From an uncultured Chroococcidiopsis sp. (GTDB lineage: Bacteria > Cyanobacteriota > Cyanobacteriia > Cyanobacteriales > Chroococcidiopsidaceae): a stretch of 64,000 bases of DNA. The notes under the pieces were generated by a model, which saw nothing but the letters and a program-made list of their open reading frames with translations, searched no databases and was not told where the DNA came from. The position numbers and the translations under genes were made by a program. The stretch is taken from contig CAXTYC010000006.1 of assembly GCA_964248365.1 (NCBI GenBank), forward strand, positions 64,001 through 128,000, in the 5' to 3' direction. Positions 10,413 through 20,701 of this stretch are shown one piece after another (position 1 is the stretch's first letter; each line of letters begins with the position of its first letter).

Positions 10413-12257
10413 TTACTCAATTTTGAGGTTGAATGGTAAGCGAGCGTAAACGTCTAAAGGATCATTCATTGATTGGAGAATAGCAATCTCATCTTGCAGC
10501 TTGTAAATTTCAGCACTGAGCGGATCAGATGGTGTGAGTTGCTTTTGTTGGATATCTTGGCTGAATATACTTCTGACCTCACCTGATAGCTTTCCTAGCA
10601 GGCGTTCTTCCAAGGTGCGAACTTCAGGATACTCTCGCAATTCCCAATCATTGCCCAGCTTTGCCTGCTTCGCTGCATACTCAATTGCAGTATCAAGACC
10701 GCCAATTTCATCAACTAGACCGATTTGCTTGGCTGCCAAACCAGACCATACTCGACCTTGGGCAATTTGCTCTACGTTTTGCTCAGGTAGCTTTCGCCCT
10801 TGAGCAACTTTACTCAAAAACATATCGTAGATGCGGTTAACAGAGCTTTGGATAATTGCTAATTCTTGGGGAGACTTGGGACGAGACACTGTTTGAGTGT
10901 CGGCGTATTTAGCAGTTTTGACTACATCCCAGGTGATGCCATTGTTATTTGCTAGCTTTTGGAGATTGAGCAGTTGCCCAAATACACCAATAGAACCTGT
11001 GATTGTATTCGGCTCGGCAAAAATTCGCTTAGCATCAGTTACAATCCAGTAGCCACCGGAGGCAGCAACATTACCCATAGAGACTATAACTGGTTTCACC
11101 TGACCAGTAAGTCGCACTTCCCGCTGAATTATTTCGGCGGCTGTGGCACTTCCACCAGGGCTGTTGACACGCAGTACAACCGCCTTAACATCGTCATCTT
11201 GTCTGATTTTACGGAAGATTCTGGCAAAGCGATCGCCCCCCACTTGCCCAACACTACCTGCACCATTAACAATCGTACCCTCAGCATAGACAACAGCTAT
11301 TTTATTTTGCGACTCGCGCTCTACACCAAGAGATTTACCTCGAACTTGAGCGTAACTACTTAAACTAATTTGACGGAAGGTTTTATTATCTTTATCCTCT
11401 CCAGTTAATTGCTTGAGCTGCCCAAGTACCTGATCGAAATAGCCTACTTGATCGACCAAACCTTGTTTTTGGGCTGGATCTGCTTGCAATAAACCTTGAT
11501 TATCTGCGATCACTTGCAACTTATCTGGACTTAATTTTCGGCTATTACCCACACTTGTACGCCACTCTCCCCAAACATCGCTCAACAACTTCTGCGTTTG
11601 TAGGCGATTTTCTGGACTCAGGTTTGTACGTAAAAAAGGTTCAACCGCTCCCTTGAACTTCCCAACCCGAACGACCTGAACACCAACGCCATACTTTTGC
11701 AATGCTCCTGCGAAGAACACAGGCTGGGAGCTTAAACCGTTGATTTCTACAGCTCCGAGCGGGTTGAGAACAATGGTATTTGCCACTGAACTTAGGTAAT
11801 AATCTCGTTCTCCCCATTCTGTACCGTAGGCAACAATGGTTTTACCAGCATCACGGAACCTTTGGAGTGCCTGACGCACTTCTTTGAGCGTGGCGTAGCC
11901 CGTATTGCTAGCTGCTGTACTTTCGCTACCATCAAGGTAAATACCTATAATTCGGGGGTCACGTCTTGCCTTTTCCAAAGTATCAAGAACGGTGTGCAGT
12001 GCGATCGTGTTATTATCCTCTCCTGAGAGAGCTTGCTGAAGTAGGGCGCTCGTACCAGATTTTGATGGCGCATCGGTGATATTCAGGGATAAGTCATAAA
12101 CCAGCACTGACTTTGCCTTGACTTGCGGTTCCGTATCCCTGGACGCTACTAAAATCAGCATCAACACCAGCCCTGTGACTCCAATCCCGAAAAAAATAAA
12201 GAGTCCGAGCAGGCTTCCGACTACGCTAGCAAAGGTTTGTTTGAGAAAGTTACGCAT
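10413..12257 (-). CDS. sppA: Signal peptide peptidase SppA (protease IV, 67K type)
   Basis: LRVNSPGGS, AASGGYW, TGSIGV, QGRVWSG motifs; N-terminal TM segment. Confidence 0.95.
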   Translation of the reverse strand: MRNFLKQTFASVVGSLLGLFIFFGIGVTGLVLMLILVASRDTEPQVKAKSVLVYDLSLNITDAPSKSGTSALLQQALSGEDNNTIALHTVLDTLEKARRDPRIIGIYLDGSESTAASNTGYATLKEVRQALQRFRDAGKTIVAYGTEWGERDYYLSSVANTIVLNPLGAVEINGLSSQPVFFAGALQKYGVGVQVVRVGKFKGAVEPFLRTNLSPENRLQTQKLLSDVWGEWRTSVGNSRKLSPDKLQVIADNQGLLQADPAQKQGLVDQVGYFDQVLGQLKQLTGEDKDNKTFRQISLSSYAQVRGKSLGVERESQNKIAVVYAEGTIVNGAGSVGQVGGDRFARIFRKIRQDDDVKAVVLRVNSPGGSATAAEIIQREVRLTGQVKPVIVSMGNVAASGGYWIVTDAKRIFAEPNTITGSIGVFGQLLNLQKLANNNGITWDVVKTAKYADTQTVSRPKSPQELAIIQSSVNRIYDMFLSKVAQGRKLPEQNVEQIAQGRVWSGLAAKQIGLVDEIGGLDTAIEYAAKQAKLGNDWELREYPEVRTLEERLLGKLSGEVRSIFSQDIQQKQLTPSDPLSAEIYKLQDEIAILQSMNDPLDVYARLPFNLKIE

Positions 12258-12262
12258 TTAAC

Positions 12263-12480
12263 TAGGGGCTAGGGGCTAGAAGAGGGCAAAAGGGAGCAGA
12301 GGGAGCAGAGGGAGCAGAGGGAGCTGAATACCGCAAAAGGGAGATGAAGAATTAAACATCCTGTCTCCACAACTCCACAACTCCACAACTTCACAACTTC
12401 ACAACTTCACAACTTCACAACTTCACAACTCCTGACTCCTGACTCCTGACTTCTGACTACACAACTACTGACTACTTACT
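12263..12480. repeat. STRR composite array
   Basis: Tandem TAGGGGC, AGGGAGCAG, ACAACT(C/T)C and CTCCTGA units. Confidence 0.9.
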
Positions 12481-12481
12481 T

Positions 12482-13564
12482 TTAGTGTATTCGCTGTAAG
12501 GCTTTTGAGTGCTGTAGTTGCTCTAGGTTAGCATTGCCAGTACAAAATAGCACAGTGGTAATTTCGGCGATTAATACTTCAACTAGGGCGTGAAGTGAGG
12601 CTTCTGATTCGGCAGCCGCTTGTAAAAAAGGTAATGCCAAGCCTGCAATATTTGCTCCCAAGGCGATCGCTTTTGCCACATCCAAGCCATGACGCAATCC
12701 CCCAGAAGCAATCAAGGGTACGAATGGTGCTACTGCCCGTACGCTGGTAATACACTCAGCCGTAGGCAATCCCCAATCAGCAAAGGTCATCCCTAATCGC
12801 CGCTGCATAGCATTTTCTGCTCTCTCACTTTCTACCTTTGCCCAAGATGTTCCACCTGCGCCTGCAACATCAATCGCTGCTACTCCCGCACATAGCAATT
12901 TCTCTGCCATTGCTGCACAAATGCCATTGCCTACTTCTTTGGCTATTACAGGTACAGGTAGTCTAGAGCATAGATTAGCAATTTTGTCAAGTAAACCACG
13001 AAAATTAGTATCGCCTCCCGCTTGGATGCACTCTTGCAAGGGATTGAGATGCAAAATTAGAGCATCTGCTTCGAGCAAATCAACTACCCGTAGACACTGA
13101 TCTAACCCGTATTCGTAGTTAAGCTGGACTGCGCCGAGGTTAGCAAATAACAGGATATCAGGAGCAAGCGATCGCACTGCAAACGTTGAGGCGACTTGGG
13201 GCTTTTCCACCGCCACCCGTTGCGATCCCACGCCCATCGCTATTTTGTAGTGTTGAGCAACACAAGCCAGACGACGGTTAATGATTCCCGCTTGTTCTGT
13301 TCCGCCTGTCATAGAAGAAATTAGCAATGGTGCTAGCAGCTGTTTCCCCAAGAACATTGTTTTTAAATCAATTTCACTTCGGTCTAGTTCTGGTAAACAA
13401 CTATGAGTAAACCGATAGCCTTCCAGTCCATTGGTGTTCGAGTGGAATTGTACATCTTGTTCTAGGCAGATGCGGATGTGATCTGCTTTGCGTGACTCGG
13501 TTGCTGCTGACAAGTTTGAAGGAAGGTTCACAGGTGAGTATGAATCAAAGTAGTATTGATTCAA
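12482..13564 (-). CDS. fni: Type 2 isopentenyl-diphosphate isomerase
   Basis: [38 protein letters not shown] motifs; true start may be GTG 13531. Confidence 0.95.
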   Translation of the reverse strand: MNQYYFDSYSPVNLPSNLSAATESRKADHIRICLEQDVQFHSNTNGLEGYRFTHSCLPELDRSEIDLKTMFLGKQLLAPLLISSMTGGTEQAGIINRRLACVAQHYKIAMGVGSQRVAVEKPQVASTFAVRSLAPDILLFANLGAVQLNYEYGLDQCLRVVDLLEADALILHLNPLQECIQAGGDTNFRGLLDKIANLCSRLPVPVIAKEVGNGICAAMAEKLLCAGVAAIDVAGAGGTSWAKVESERAENAMQRRLGMTFADWGLPTAECITSVRAVAPFVPLIASGGLRHGLDVAKAIALGANIAGLALPFLQAAAESEASLHALVEVLIAEITTVLFCTGNANLEQLQHSKALQRIH

Positions 13565-13620
13565 TTTTCTCAGTGTGCTGGTATTTTCTAGCTCATACCA
13601 TTTTAGATTTTAGATTTTAG

Positions 13621-13722
13621 ATTTTGCGAAAAGTTGAGCTAGGGAGGGTGCGGAGGGAACCTCCGTTGAGCTGGCTGGCTTAGGTGTCAGTTTGGCGCAA
13701 GCCAAACTTTTCAAGACGGATT
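13621..13722. repeat. Small dispersed repeat element, copy 1
   Basis: Reverse complement matches 17573-17675; contains two internal hairpins; sits next to an ATTTTAG STRR. Confidence 0.8.
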
Positions 13723-14108
13723 GGGGAATGCTCCAAAGTAGTTTTGGAGTAACAATTCGTTGGTAGCAGCCATCAAGCCTTATGGTAAGGTAGATATGAT
13801 TTTAAATAAGTGTGTAAAGTTTTTTAAATAATTCTGTTTGTTTTAGATGAGTTAGGAGTTACAGCAGCTCGTCTTATAGATTAGGACAAGTCAATATTGG
13901 TCGCGTCAATTGCTGCAAGACTTTTTAACCGAATCCCGAATCCCGAATCCCTGCTATATGCACTTGAACTCTAGGATCTCGATCCCCCCTAACCCCCCTT
14001 TTTAAGGGGGGGGGGACACAGTAGCCCGTTTTTTACTCTTTTGTGAGTAATGATAAGAGAAAAAATTACGGATAGCGATCGCCATCCGTAATTAAAGTTG
14101 CAAGTCCT

Positions 14109-15260
14109 TCAAGCGTCAACGATTTGTTGCAGCAAAGCTTGAAATCGCTTATCTTGGCGAATAGTGTCAAAAACCGTGCTACTAATTGCCAGCGTTCGGT
14201 ACTTTTCTGGAGACAGTTGAATTGCTTGTTGCAAGTTATTAATAGCCTGGTCAATTTGACTTTGCAAAGCATAACAGCAAGCAATGTTGTACCAAAAAAT
14301 AGGTGTGTTGGGTTGCAATTCAAGCGCTTTGGTGTAGCTCGTGATCGCTTCAGAGTATCGGCTCAATTCATACAGGGTCAAACCCTGGTTGTACCAAGCA
14401 CTCGTATCTTCGGGTTGAATGGTAATAGCTTTGTCATAAGAGGCGATCGCCTGCTCTTTATGTCCCAACTGTGCCAAAGCAATTGCTCGATTGTACCAAG
14501 CCCAATAATCATTGGGTTGTAACTCGATCACCTTGTCAAAAGATGCGATCGCATCTTCATCCTGACTTAATTGACCCAGCGCTACACCTCGGTTATACCA
14601 AGTTCTAGCGCATTTTGGCTCAATTGCTAACGCCCGATCAAAGCTAGCGATCGCCTGTTCATATTTCCCCCAGTCACTCAATGCAATACCTCGGTTGTTC
14701 CAAGCCAGCACACTATCAGGCTGAAACTCAATCGCACGGTCAAAACTATTAATCGCCTCTTCGTATCGTTTGAGTTGCCCCAAGGCAGTGCCTTTGTTGT
14801 ACCATGCCCAATAAGCATCAGGTCTTAGCTCAACAGCTCTGTGGAAGCTAATAACTGCCTTTTCATAACATCCACAATCAATCATTGTAATGCCGCGATT
14901 GTGCCATATTGTAGCTGCCTCTGGGTTAAATTCCAGCGCTCGGTCAAAACTATTGACTGCCTCGACGTAACGCCCTAATTTACCCAAGGCAATAGCACGA
15001 TTGTGCCAAACCCAACAGGCATCTGGGCGAATGGCAAGGGCGTGGTCAAAGCTAGCGATCGCCTCTGCATGACGGTCTAAATTTCCCAGCGCCAAACCCC
15101 GTTGTGACCAGGCATCAGCGTAATCTGGTGCAAATTTGAGCGCTTTGTTTAAACTAGTAAGCGCTGCTGCATATTTTTCTGCCTTGTTCTGGCGTAAACC
15201 GTGTTGATAATAAAATTCTGCCTCTAGGTTTAAATTCCATTTCATAGAATTTTGCATCAT
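14109..15260 (-). CDS. Tetratricopeptide repeat protein
   Basis: About ten 34-aa repeats (AWYNRG.AL..LG.YEEAI.SFDRA) and a C-terminal YNIACCYAL cap. Confidence 0.95.
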   Translation of the reverse strand: MMQNSMKWNLNLEAEFYYQHGLRQNKAEKYAAALTSLNKALKFAPDYADAWSQRGLALGNLDRHAEAIASFDHALAIRPDACWVWHNRAIALGKLGRYVEAVNSFDRALEFNPEAATIWHNRGITMIDCGCYEKAVISFHRAVELRPDAYWAWYNKGTALGQLKRYEEAINSFDRAIEFQPDSVLAWNNRGIALSDWGKYEQAIASFDRALAIEPKCARTWYNRGVALGQLSQDEDAIASFDKVIELQPNDYWAWYNRAIALAQLGHKEQAIASYDKAITIQPEDTSAWYNQGLTLYELSRYSEAITSYTKALELQPNTPIFWYNIACCYALQSQIDQAINNLQQAIQLSPEKYRTLAISSTVFDTIRQDKRFQALLQQIVDA

Positions 15261-15301
15261 ACTTTAGGATGATTTTACTTTAATATTCCCAACACGATAA
15301 C

Positions 15302-16753
15302 ATGACTCAACATCTAGATGGGCAATTCCGCATTGAACAGGATTCAATGGGAGAGCGACAAATTCCTAGTAGTATTTATTACGGCATTCAGACTCTACGG
15401 GCGGTCGAAAACTTTCCTATTAGCGGAATTAAACCCTTAGCTACCTATGTAGATGCTTGTGTACTGATTAAAAAAGCTACAGCAATTACAAATGGTGAAC
15501 TCGGTTGCATAGCCAAAGAAATTAGTCAGGCAATTGTCCAAGCGGCTGATGAGGTGTTGGCGGGGAAATTCCGCGACGCTTTTGTAGTTGATATTTACCA
15601 AGCTGGGGCGGGTACTTCTCACCATATGAATGTGAATGAGGTATTGGCAAACCGAGCGCTGGAGATTTTGGGTGATGAAAAAGGCAACTACAAGCGCGTC
15701 AGTCCGAATGACCACGTTAACTATGGTCAATCGACTAATGATGTTATCCCAACAGCAATTCGGATTGGTGGGTTATTAGCTTTAGAAAGGACGCTTTACC
15801 CAGCTTTATCAAATGCGATCGCCGCTTTGTCGCAAAAAGCCGAACAATTCAAAGATATAGTCAGATCCGGCAGAACTCATATGCAAGACGCAGTTCCCGT
15901 CCGTCTGGGAGAGAACTTTCAGGCTTGGTCACAAATCTTTACCTCACACCTAAACCGAATCAAAACGGCTGCTGGTGATTTAACTCGTTTGGGTTTAGGT
16001 GGAAGTGCAGTTGGGACAGGGTTAAATACTCATCCCCAGTATTGCGATCGCGTTGCTCAAGTATTATCAGAACTAATTAGCCAGCCACTAGAACCAGCAT
16101 CCCATCTGATGGCTGCGATGCAAAGTATGGCTCCATTTGTGAATGTTTCCGGCTCATTACGCAACTTAGCTCAAGATTGTGTGAAAATTTCTCACGATTT
16201 GCGGCTGATGGATTCGGGACCAAAAACAGGTTTGAAGGAAATTCAACTACCACCCGTACAACCAGGATCGTCGATTATGCCAGGGAAATATAACCCAGTC
16301 ATGGCAGAAATGACATCAATGGTGTGTTTTCAAGTGATGGGCTATGATAGTGCGATCGCTCTGGCAGGGCAGGCGGGACAACTGGAGTTAAATGTAATGA
16401 TGCCGCTAATTGCTTACAACCTGATTCACAGTATTGAAATTTTGGGGAATACTATAGCAGCACTTGCAAAGCGATGTATTGGGGGAATTACAGCCAATAG
16501 CGATCGCACTCTTGCTTATGCAGAAGGCAGTCTAGCTTTGGTGACAGCCCTCAACCCCCATATCGGCTATCTTAACGCGGCTGCTGTAGCAAAGGAATCT
16601 TTGGAAACTGGCAAATCATTACGACAAATTGTATTAGAACAAAAACTGATGAGTGCTGAAGAATTAGCCCAAGTGCTAGATCTCCAGAAAATGAGTGCCA
16701 TGCCATCGAAGGCTACTCCTGATAACTTACCATCGGGAGGCAGCCAAAGCTAA
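15302..16753 (+). CDS. aspA: Aspartate ammonia-lyase (fumarase/aspartase superfamily)
   Basis: GSSIMPGKYNP signature; QAGAGTS is aspartase-like rather than FumC QTGSGT; GRTHMQDA. Confidence 0.75.
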   Translation: MTQHLDGQFRIEQDSMGERQIPSSIYYGIQTLRAVENFPISGIKPLATYVDACVLIKKATAITNGELGCIAKEISQAIVQAADEVLAGKFRDAFVVDIYQAGAGTSHHMNVNEVLANRALEILGDEKGNYKRVSPNDHVNYGQSTNDVIPTAIRIGGLLALERTLYPALSNAIAALSQKAEQFKDIVRSGRTHMQDAVPVRLGENFQAWSQIFTSHLNRIKTAAGDLTRLGLGGSAVGTGLNTHPQYCDRVAQVLSELISQPLEPASHLMAAMQSMAPFVNVSGSLRNLAQDCVKISHDLRLMDSGPKTGLKEIQLPPVQPGSSIMPGKYNPVMAEMTSMVCFQVMGYDSAIALAGQAGQLELNVMMPLIAYNLIHSIEILGNTIAALAKRCIGGITANSDRTLAYAEGSLALVTALNPHIGYLNAAAVAKESLETGKSLRQIVLEQKLMSAEELAQVLDLQKMSAMPSKATPDNLPSGGSQS

Positions 16754-16874
16754 AAAGCTATTAGCGACTAGGCGATAAGTTTTATTCCCTACTCACTACC
16801 AAGGGCAAACTGCTGTTTGCTCCTACTTACTTCTACTGTGCAAACTCCCAATAAAAGAGAGGTACATCAAGGCA

Positions 16875-17177
16875 ATGAATAGTCATGAAGGCTTTATACA
16901 AATAACATTTCACTATGCCAATGGTCAGAGTGAATTTTTTAATGTCCTGCTACAAGAGGACGGTGCTTTAACTCGCCAGGAACTTCAACAGCGAATCGTA
17001 AAACATCTAGAAAAACCTTGGTGTATCCTTCATCTGCCAGAACAAACAATTTGTGTCAAAACGGATCATGTGCTGAAAGTAGAAATAAAGCCTACTATGC
17101 GTGAATTTCACGGTGAAGGAGTTTTTTCTGATGTCCGGCGGGTGACTGCACTCTCACGTAGCAACATACAGCGATGA
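16875..17177 (+). CDS. Hypothetical protein
   Basis: 100-aa ORF with an AGAGAGG Shine-Dalgarno-like sequence upstream. Confidence 0.7.
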   Translation: MNSHEGFIQITFHYANGQSEFFNVLLQEDGALTRQELQQRIVKHLEKPWCILHLPEQTICVKTDHVLKVEIKPTMREFHGEGVFSDVRRVTALSRSNIQR

Positions 17178-17269
17178 GAGGGGCAGAGGAGCAGGGGGGC
17201 AGGGGAGAAATTACCTTTTCCCTTTTTCCTTTTCCCTTTTCCCAACTTCTGCAAGAAGTCTATTGTTTT

Positions 17270-17494
17270 ATGCAGCCTGCGGTTAGTTTAATTCGCGGCC
17301 ATTCTTACGAACAGCAGTTATTACGAGCATCTGTGGAAATGCTGCTTGATCCTTTAGGTGGGATAGCGGCTTTTGTCAAAAGGGGCGATCGCGTCTTACT
17401 CAAGCCAAATCTTCTCACTGCCGCACGTCCAGGCAAGGAATGTACTACTGAATGCTTATGCAAAACGCTAAGTGAAGATCAAGGGGCGCTATAG
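17270..17494 (+). pseudogene. Truncated DUF362-family gene (N-terminal ~60 aa)
   Basis: VSLIR..SYE...LGGIAAFVKRGDRVLLKPNLL is the DUF362 N-terminus; the ORF stops shortly after ECTT. Confidence 0.7.
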
Positions 17495-17572
17495 CTGGAG
17501 GCTAGGGGCTAGAGGAGAGTGGGAGACAATATTACTAATTACCAATTACCAACTACCGCGTTCCCAATCCAA

Positions 17573-17675
17573 AATCCGTCTTGGAAAGTTTGGCGCAAGC
17601 CAAACCGACACCTAAGCCAGCCAGCTCAACGGAGGGAACAGGGGCAACGCACAGGCGCAGACTTTCCGCAAAATC
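17573..17675. repeat. Small dispersed repeat element, copy 2 (inverted)
   Basis: Shares CCGTCTTG.AAAGTTTGGC....GCCAAAC.GACACCTAAGCCAGCCAGCTCAACGGAGG with the reverse complement of 13621-13722. Confidence 0.8.
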
Positions 17676-17716
17676 TATAGTCCCCAAAATTGCTCTAGCC
17701 TCTAATTTGACCAGGT

Positions 17717-17758
17717 GTAAAAATAGTTACAAATATATAGAAACTGACTGGGTAAGCT
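17717..17758 (+). promoter_or_regulatory. NtcA-activated class II promoter
   Basis: GTA-aaaatagt-TAC at 17717-17730, then 22 nt, then TAAGCT -10 box at 17753-17758. Confidence 0.85.
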
Positions 17759-17763
17759 GTTAT

Positions 17764-17813
17764 CACCCTCCGATTGCTCAAGCAACCGCCATCGCTAATC
17801 ATGGCGGTTTTTT
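17764..17813 (+). ncRNA. nsiR4: NsiR4-like nitrogen-stress sRNA (short form)
   Basis: Core CACCCTCCGATTGCT recalled from NsiR4; followed by AACCGCCAT-loop-ATGGCGGTT-T-run terminator; NtcA promoter directly upstream. Confidence 0.8.
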
Positions 17814-18160
17814 ATTCATTCGTAATGCACGAGGGTAAGGGGAAGGGTAAAGGTTAAAGGCAAAAAGGCAAAAAGGATGTAGGGCTTCGCCCTTGCCGAA
17901 GGCGCTTGTTGAAGTCTGAAGGCAAAAAGGATTAAGGTTCAAGGTTCAACTTTGTCAAAGTTGAAAATCCACACTTCCAACGAAATACTTCATACTTCAT
18001 ACTTCATCCTTTATATTTCCCTCACTCCTCTTTAAGATTGTTGACTATGAAACAGTGCTACTAAAAGGAGCGGTTAAAATAGTAGTAGGGTGGCAAAACT
18101 GCCTAAGTTTATTGCACAAAATTAACGCTTTTTGCTCAAAACAAGGTTCTTAACAATTTT

Positions 18161-18349
18161 ATGGATTCTAGTAGTAGTCAGTCTGCCAGTCAGTGCGAGA
18201 AATCTTCTCACAGGTTGGCAGACATTTGCGGAACAGCGATCGCACTGTTGACTCTGACTGTACCTTTATGGATGATCGCTCAGTACTCATCAAGTAATGC
18301 TCAACTCGTACAACCAGTTACCTATACGCTACAAAGCTCTGATAATTAA
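18161..18349 (+). CDS. Small single-TM hypothetical protein
   Basis: 62-aa ORF with hydrophobic [17 protein letters not shown] segment. Confidence 0.6.
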   Translation: MDSSSSQSASQCEKSSHRLADICGTAIALLTLTVPLWMIAQYSSSNAQLVQPVTYTLQSSDN

Positions 18350-18598
18350 ACTAGAGGAACTAGAGACTAGGGGCTAGCCCAGCGCGTGAAGGCAGGGGAG
18401 CAGAGGAAGCAGGGGAGCTGGGGGGGAAAGAAAAATTACCAAGCCCAGAATTACGAATTATTCTGTCCTTTTGGTAATGACACTATTAGCACAGATGGAA
18501 CTGCGCTCTAAGATTCCAAGCTGTCCATCATTAGCCTAAAATGCTACACGGGGAGTTGTGAATAGTACCCCCAATTGCTGTCATCTTGGAGAACCATT

Positions 18599-19117
18599 GT
18601 GGACTTATCCCGCATTCCAGCCCAGCCCAAATCAGGTATAATCAACGTTTTGATTGAAATTACAGCCGGAAGCAAAAACAAATACGAATACGATAAGGAT
18701 TTGCAAGCATTTGCTTTAGATCGAGTGCTGTATTCATCGGTACAGTATCCCTATGACTATGGTTTTGTCCCCAATACCCTAGCTGATGATGGCGATCCGT
18801 TGGACGGTATGGTGTTGATAGATGAGCCAACTTTTCCAGGTTGCATCATAGCTGCTCGACCAATTGGTATGTTGGAGATGATTGACGGTGGCGATCGCGA
18901 TGAAAAAATTCTCTGTGTCCCTGACAAAGACCCGCGCTATACTCATGTTAAATCTCTCAAAGACATAGCACCCCACCGATTAGACGAAATTGCCGAATTT
19001 TTCCGGTCATACAAAAATTTGGAGAAGAAGGTAACGGAAATTCGCGGTTGGCAAGATGTAGATCAAGTAATGCCTTTAGTGGAAAAATGCATCAAAGCTG
19101 GTAGCGAAAAAGGTTGA
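18599..19117 (+). CDS. ppa: Soluble inorganic pyrophosphatase
   Basis: [24 protein letters not shown] motifs; GTG start at 18599 after GGAG. Confidence 0.96.
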   Translation: MDLSRIPAQPKSGIINVLIEITAGSKNKYEYDKDLQAFALDRVLYSSVQYPYDYGFVPNTLADDGDPLDGMVLIDEPTFPGCIIAARPIGMLEMIDGGDRDEKILCVPDKDPRYTHVKSLKDIAPHRLDEIAEFFRSYKNLEKKVTEIRGWQDVDQVMPLVEKCIKAGSEKG

Positions 19118-19125
19118 TCCGAAAT

Positions 19126-19335
19126 CAGTTACCAGTTACCAGTTACCAGTTACCAGTTAAAAGAAAAGGGAAAAGGGAAAAGGGAAGAGGTAATTCGTAA
19201 TTCGTAATAGCCTTTGGCAAGGCTTCACCTACGTAATTCGTAATTGATCATTCTCCCCCTGCTTCCCCTGCTCAAGAACGCTCCCCCTGCTTTCACGCGC
19301 GCCCCTAGCCCCCAATCCCTAGCCCCAAGCCCCCC
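19126..19335. repeat. STRR composite array
   Basis: ACCAGTT, GGGAAAA, AATTCGT, CCCCTGCT and CCCTAGC tandem units. Confidence 0.85.
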
Positions 19336-19339
19336 TAAA

Positions 19340-19726
19340 ATGCAGCGATTGCTCCTTTTAGCCAAAATTCACAGTTGCACCCTCACGGCGGCTAATTTGA
19401 ACTATGTGGGTAGTATCAGTATCGATCAAACCCTCTTAGATGCCGCTGGAATTTTACCTTATGAGCAGGTGCAAGTAGTTAACGTTAGCAATGGGGAGCG
19501 ATTAATTACCTATGCGATCGCAGCCCCGCCTAACTCTGGTGCGATCGAGCTAAACGGAGCTGCCGCTCGTCTGGGAATGGTAGGCGATCGTATAATTATC
19601 ATGACTTATGGACAATTCACCCCAGAAGAAATCAAAACCTTCTGTCCCACCGTTGTCTTGGTAGATGAAAAAAATCGTTTGCAGGAAGTGCGACGCTACG
19701 ATGACCTACTGCTTGCACAGGTTTAG
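19340..19726 (+). CDS. panD: Aspartate 1-decarboxylase
   Basis: [12 protein letters not shown] (G-S self-cleavage site), [15 protein letters not shown]; the upstream ORF extension is STRR sequence. Confidence 0.94.
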   Translation: MQRLLLLAKIHSCTLTAANLNYVGSISIDQTLLDAAGILPYEQVQVVNVSNGERLITYAIAAPPNSGAIELNGAAARLGMVGDRIIIMTYGQFTPEEIKTFCPTVVLVDEKNRLQEVRRYDDLLLAQV

Positions 19727-19814
19727 TTTAAAGTAGGCTTTATTCTCTTTCAACGTACAATTACATATTACTGTATTAGATATGACAAATTTTTTTTGCT
19801 TGTTATCTATTAAA

Positions 19815-20426
19815 CTAAATATTTAGTTTAGGAAAGCCTTCATACCACTTGCTGTGGTCGCCTTGATGATTATCCATGCCTTGTCTTGTAAGAAATCCTT
19901 TCGGCTCAATATAACTGTAAATCTCCTTTGTTGGCTTCTCATACCAACCAATATTGAAAGCACAAAGCTTGGGAAAAAAACTGATTGATGAGTAAGGTAT
20001 GTGGTCATGAATATACCAGGCTAAAGGTCGGAAATCACCAGTATCTTCGTAAAGATCTAAATACCAATGAACTACAATGCAAGCCATTGCACCCATTTTT
20101 CCGACCTTTAGCTCATCCCAAGTATGGCTTGCTGTATTATCCTTACCGCAGTTATGTCCCTTTTCATTACAAATTTGGTTAAGTTCTTTAGACCGATAAC
20201 CAAAAACGGATACTGAGCCACCCAAAAGTAGCATATAAGGGTTCAAGTAATTGTTCATATAAGTGCCTACCCGCCTCAATTGCGCTCATCAGGGTTATCT
20301 GGAATATTCGATTTACCGTAAAAATTAGTCACCTCGCTCATCAGAAAATCCCTAAAAAAGAAATTTTTAAAACAAGCGAACTCGACCAAGGTTCTCAAGA
20401 CTTGCAACTGATTTAGGCATTTTCAT
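19815..20426 (-). pseudogene. Frameshifted conserved hypothetical gene (peptidase M15-like)
   Basis: A reading across three apparent 1-nt frameshifts gives MKMPKSVASLENLGRVRL/KNFFFRDFLMSE...NIPDNPD/AIEAGRHLYEQLLEPL...SIR/GYRSKELN...WYIHDHIPYS. Confidence 0.7.
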
Positions 20427-20701
20427 GACTGATGATTCACACTATTTTCAGGCAAAAATGCAATATAAATGTGATAACTTCCTGACTAGGTGCGGAGCAA
20501 CTGTGAATTTACGTAAATCCTATGACTACTTGATTTTGAAAGCCTAAATTAAGCAGCAAATACTTATAGCTTCGTTCAAAAGATTCCTTTTTATTAGGGA
20601 GATGATATAAATTTTCTTATAATATAATTAAGAAAATTTTAGCTATAGAAAAACTTGAGCAGAGATTAAAGGATAATCCTAAACAAAAGGGGCTGGTATT
20701 T

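Noticed and set aside
12368..12480. Tandem 7-8-mer arrays as a possible CRISPR array
   Set aside because: There are no unique spacers and no cas genes; these are ordinary STRRs.
17581..17838. 85-aa ORF
   Set aside because: It is composed of a dispersed repeat, an NtcA promoter and the sRNA.
19244..19339. N-terminal extension of the panD ORF (similarly 17174-17269 and trpE 51769-51858)
   Set aside because: These are translations of STRR/REP repeats upstream of the conserved start.
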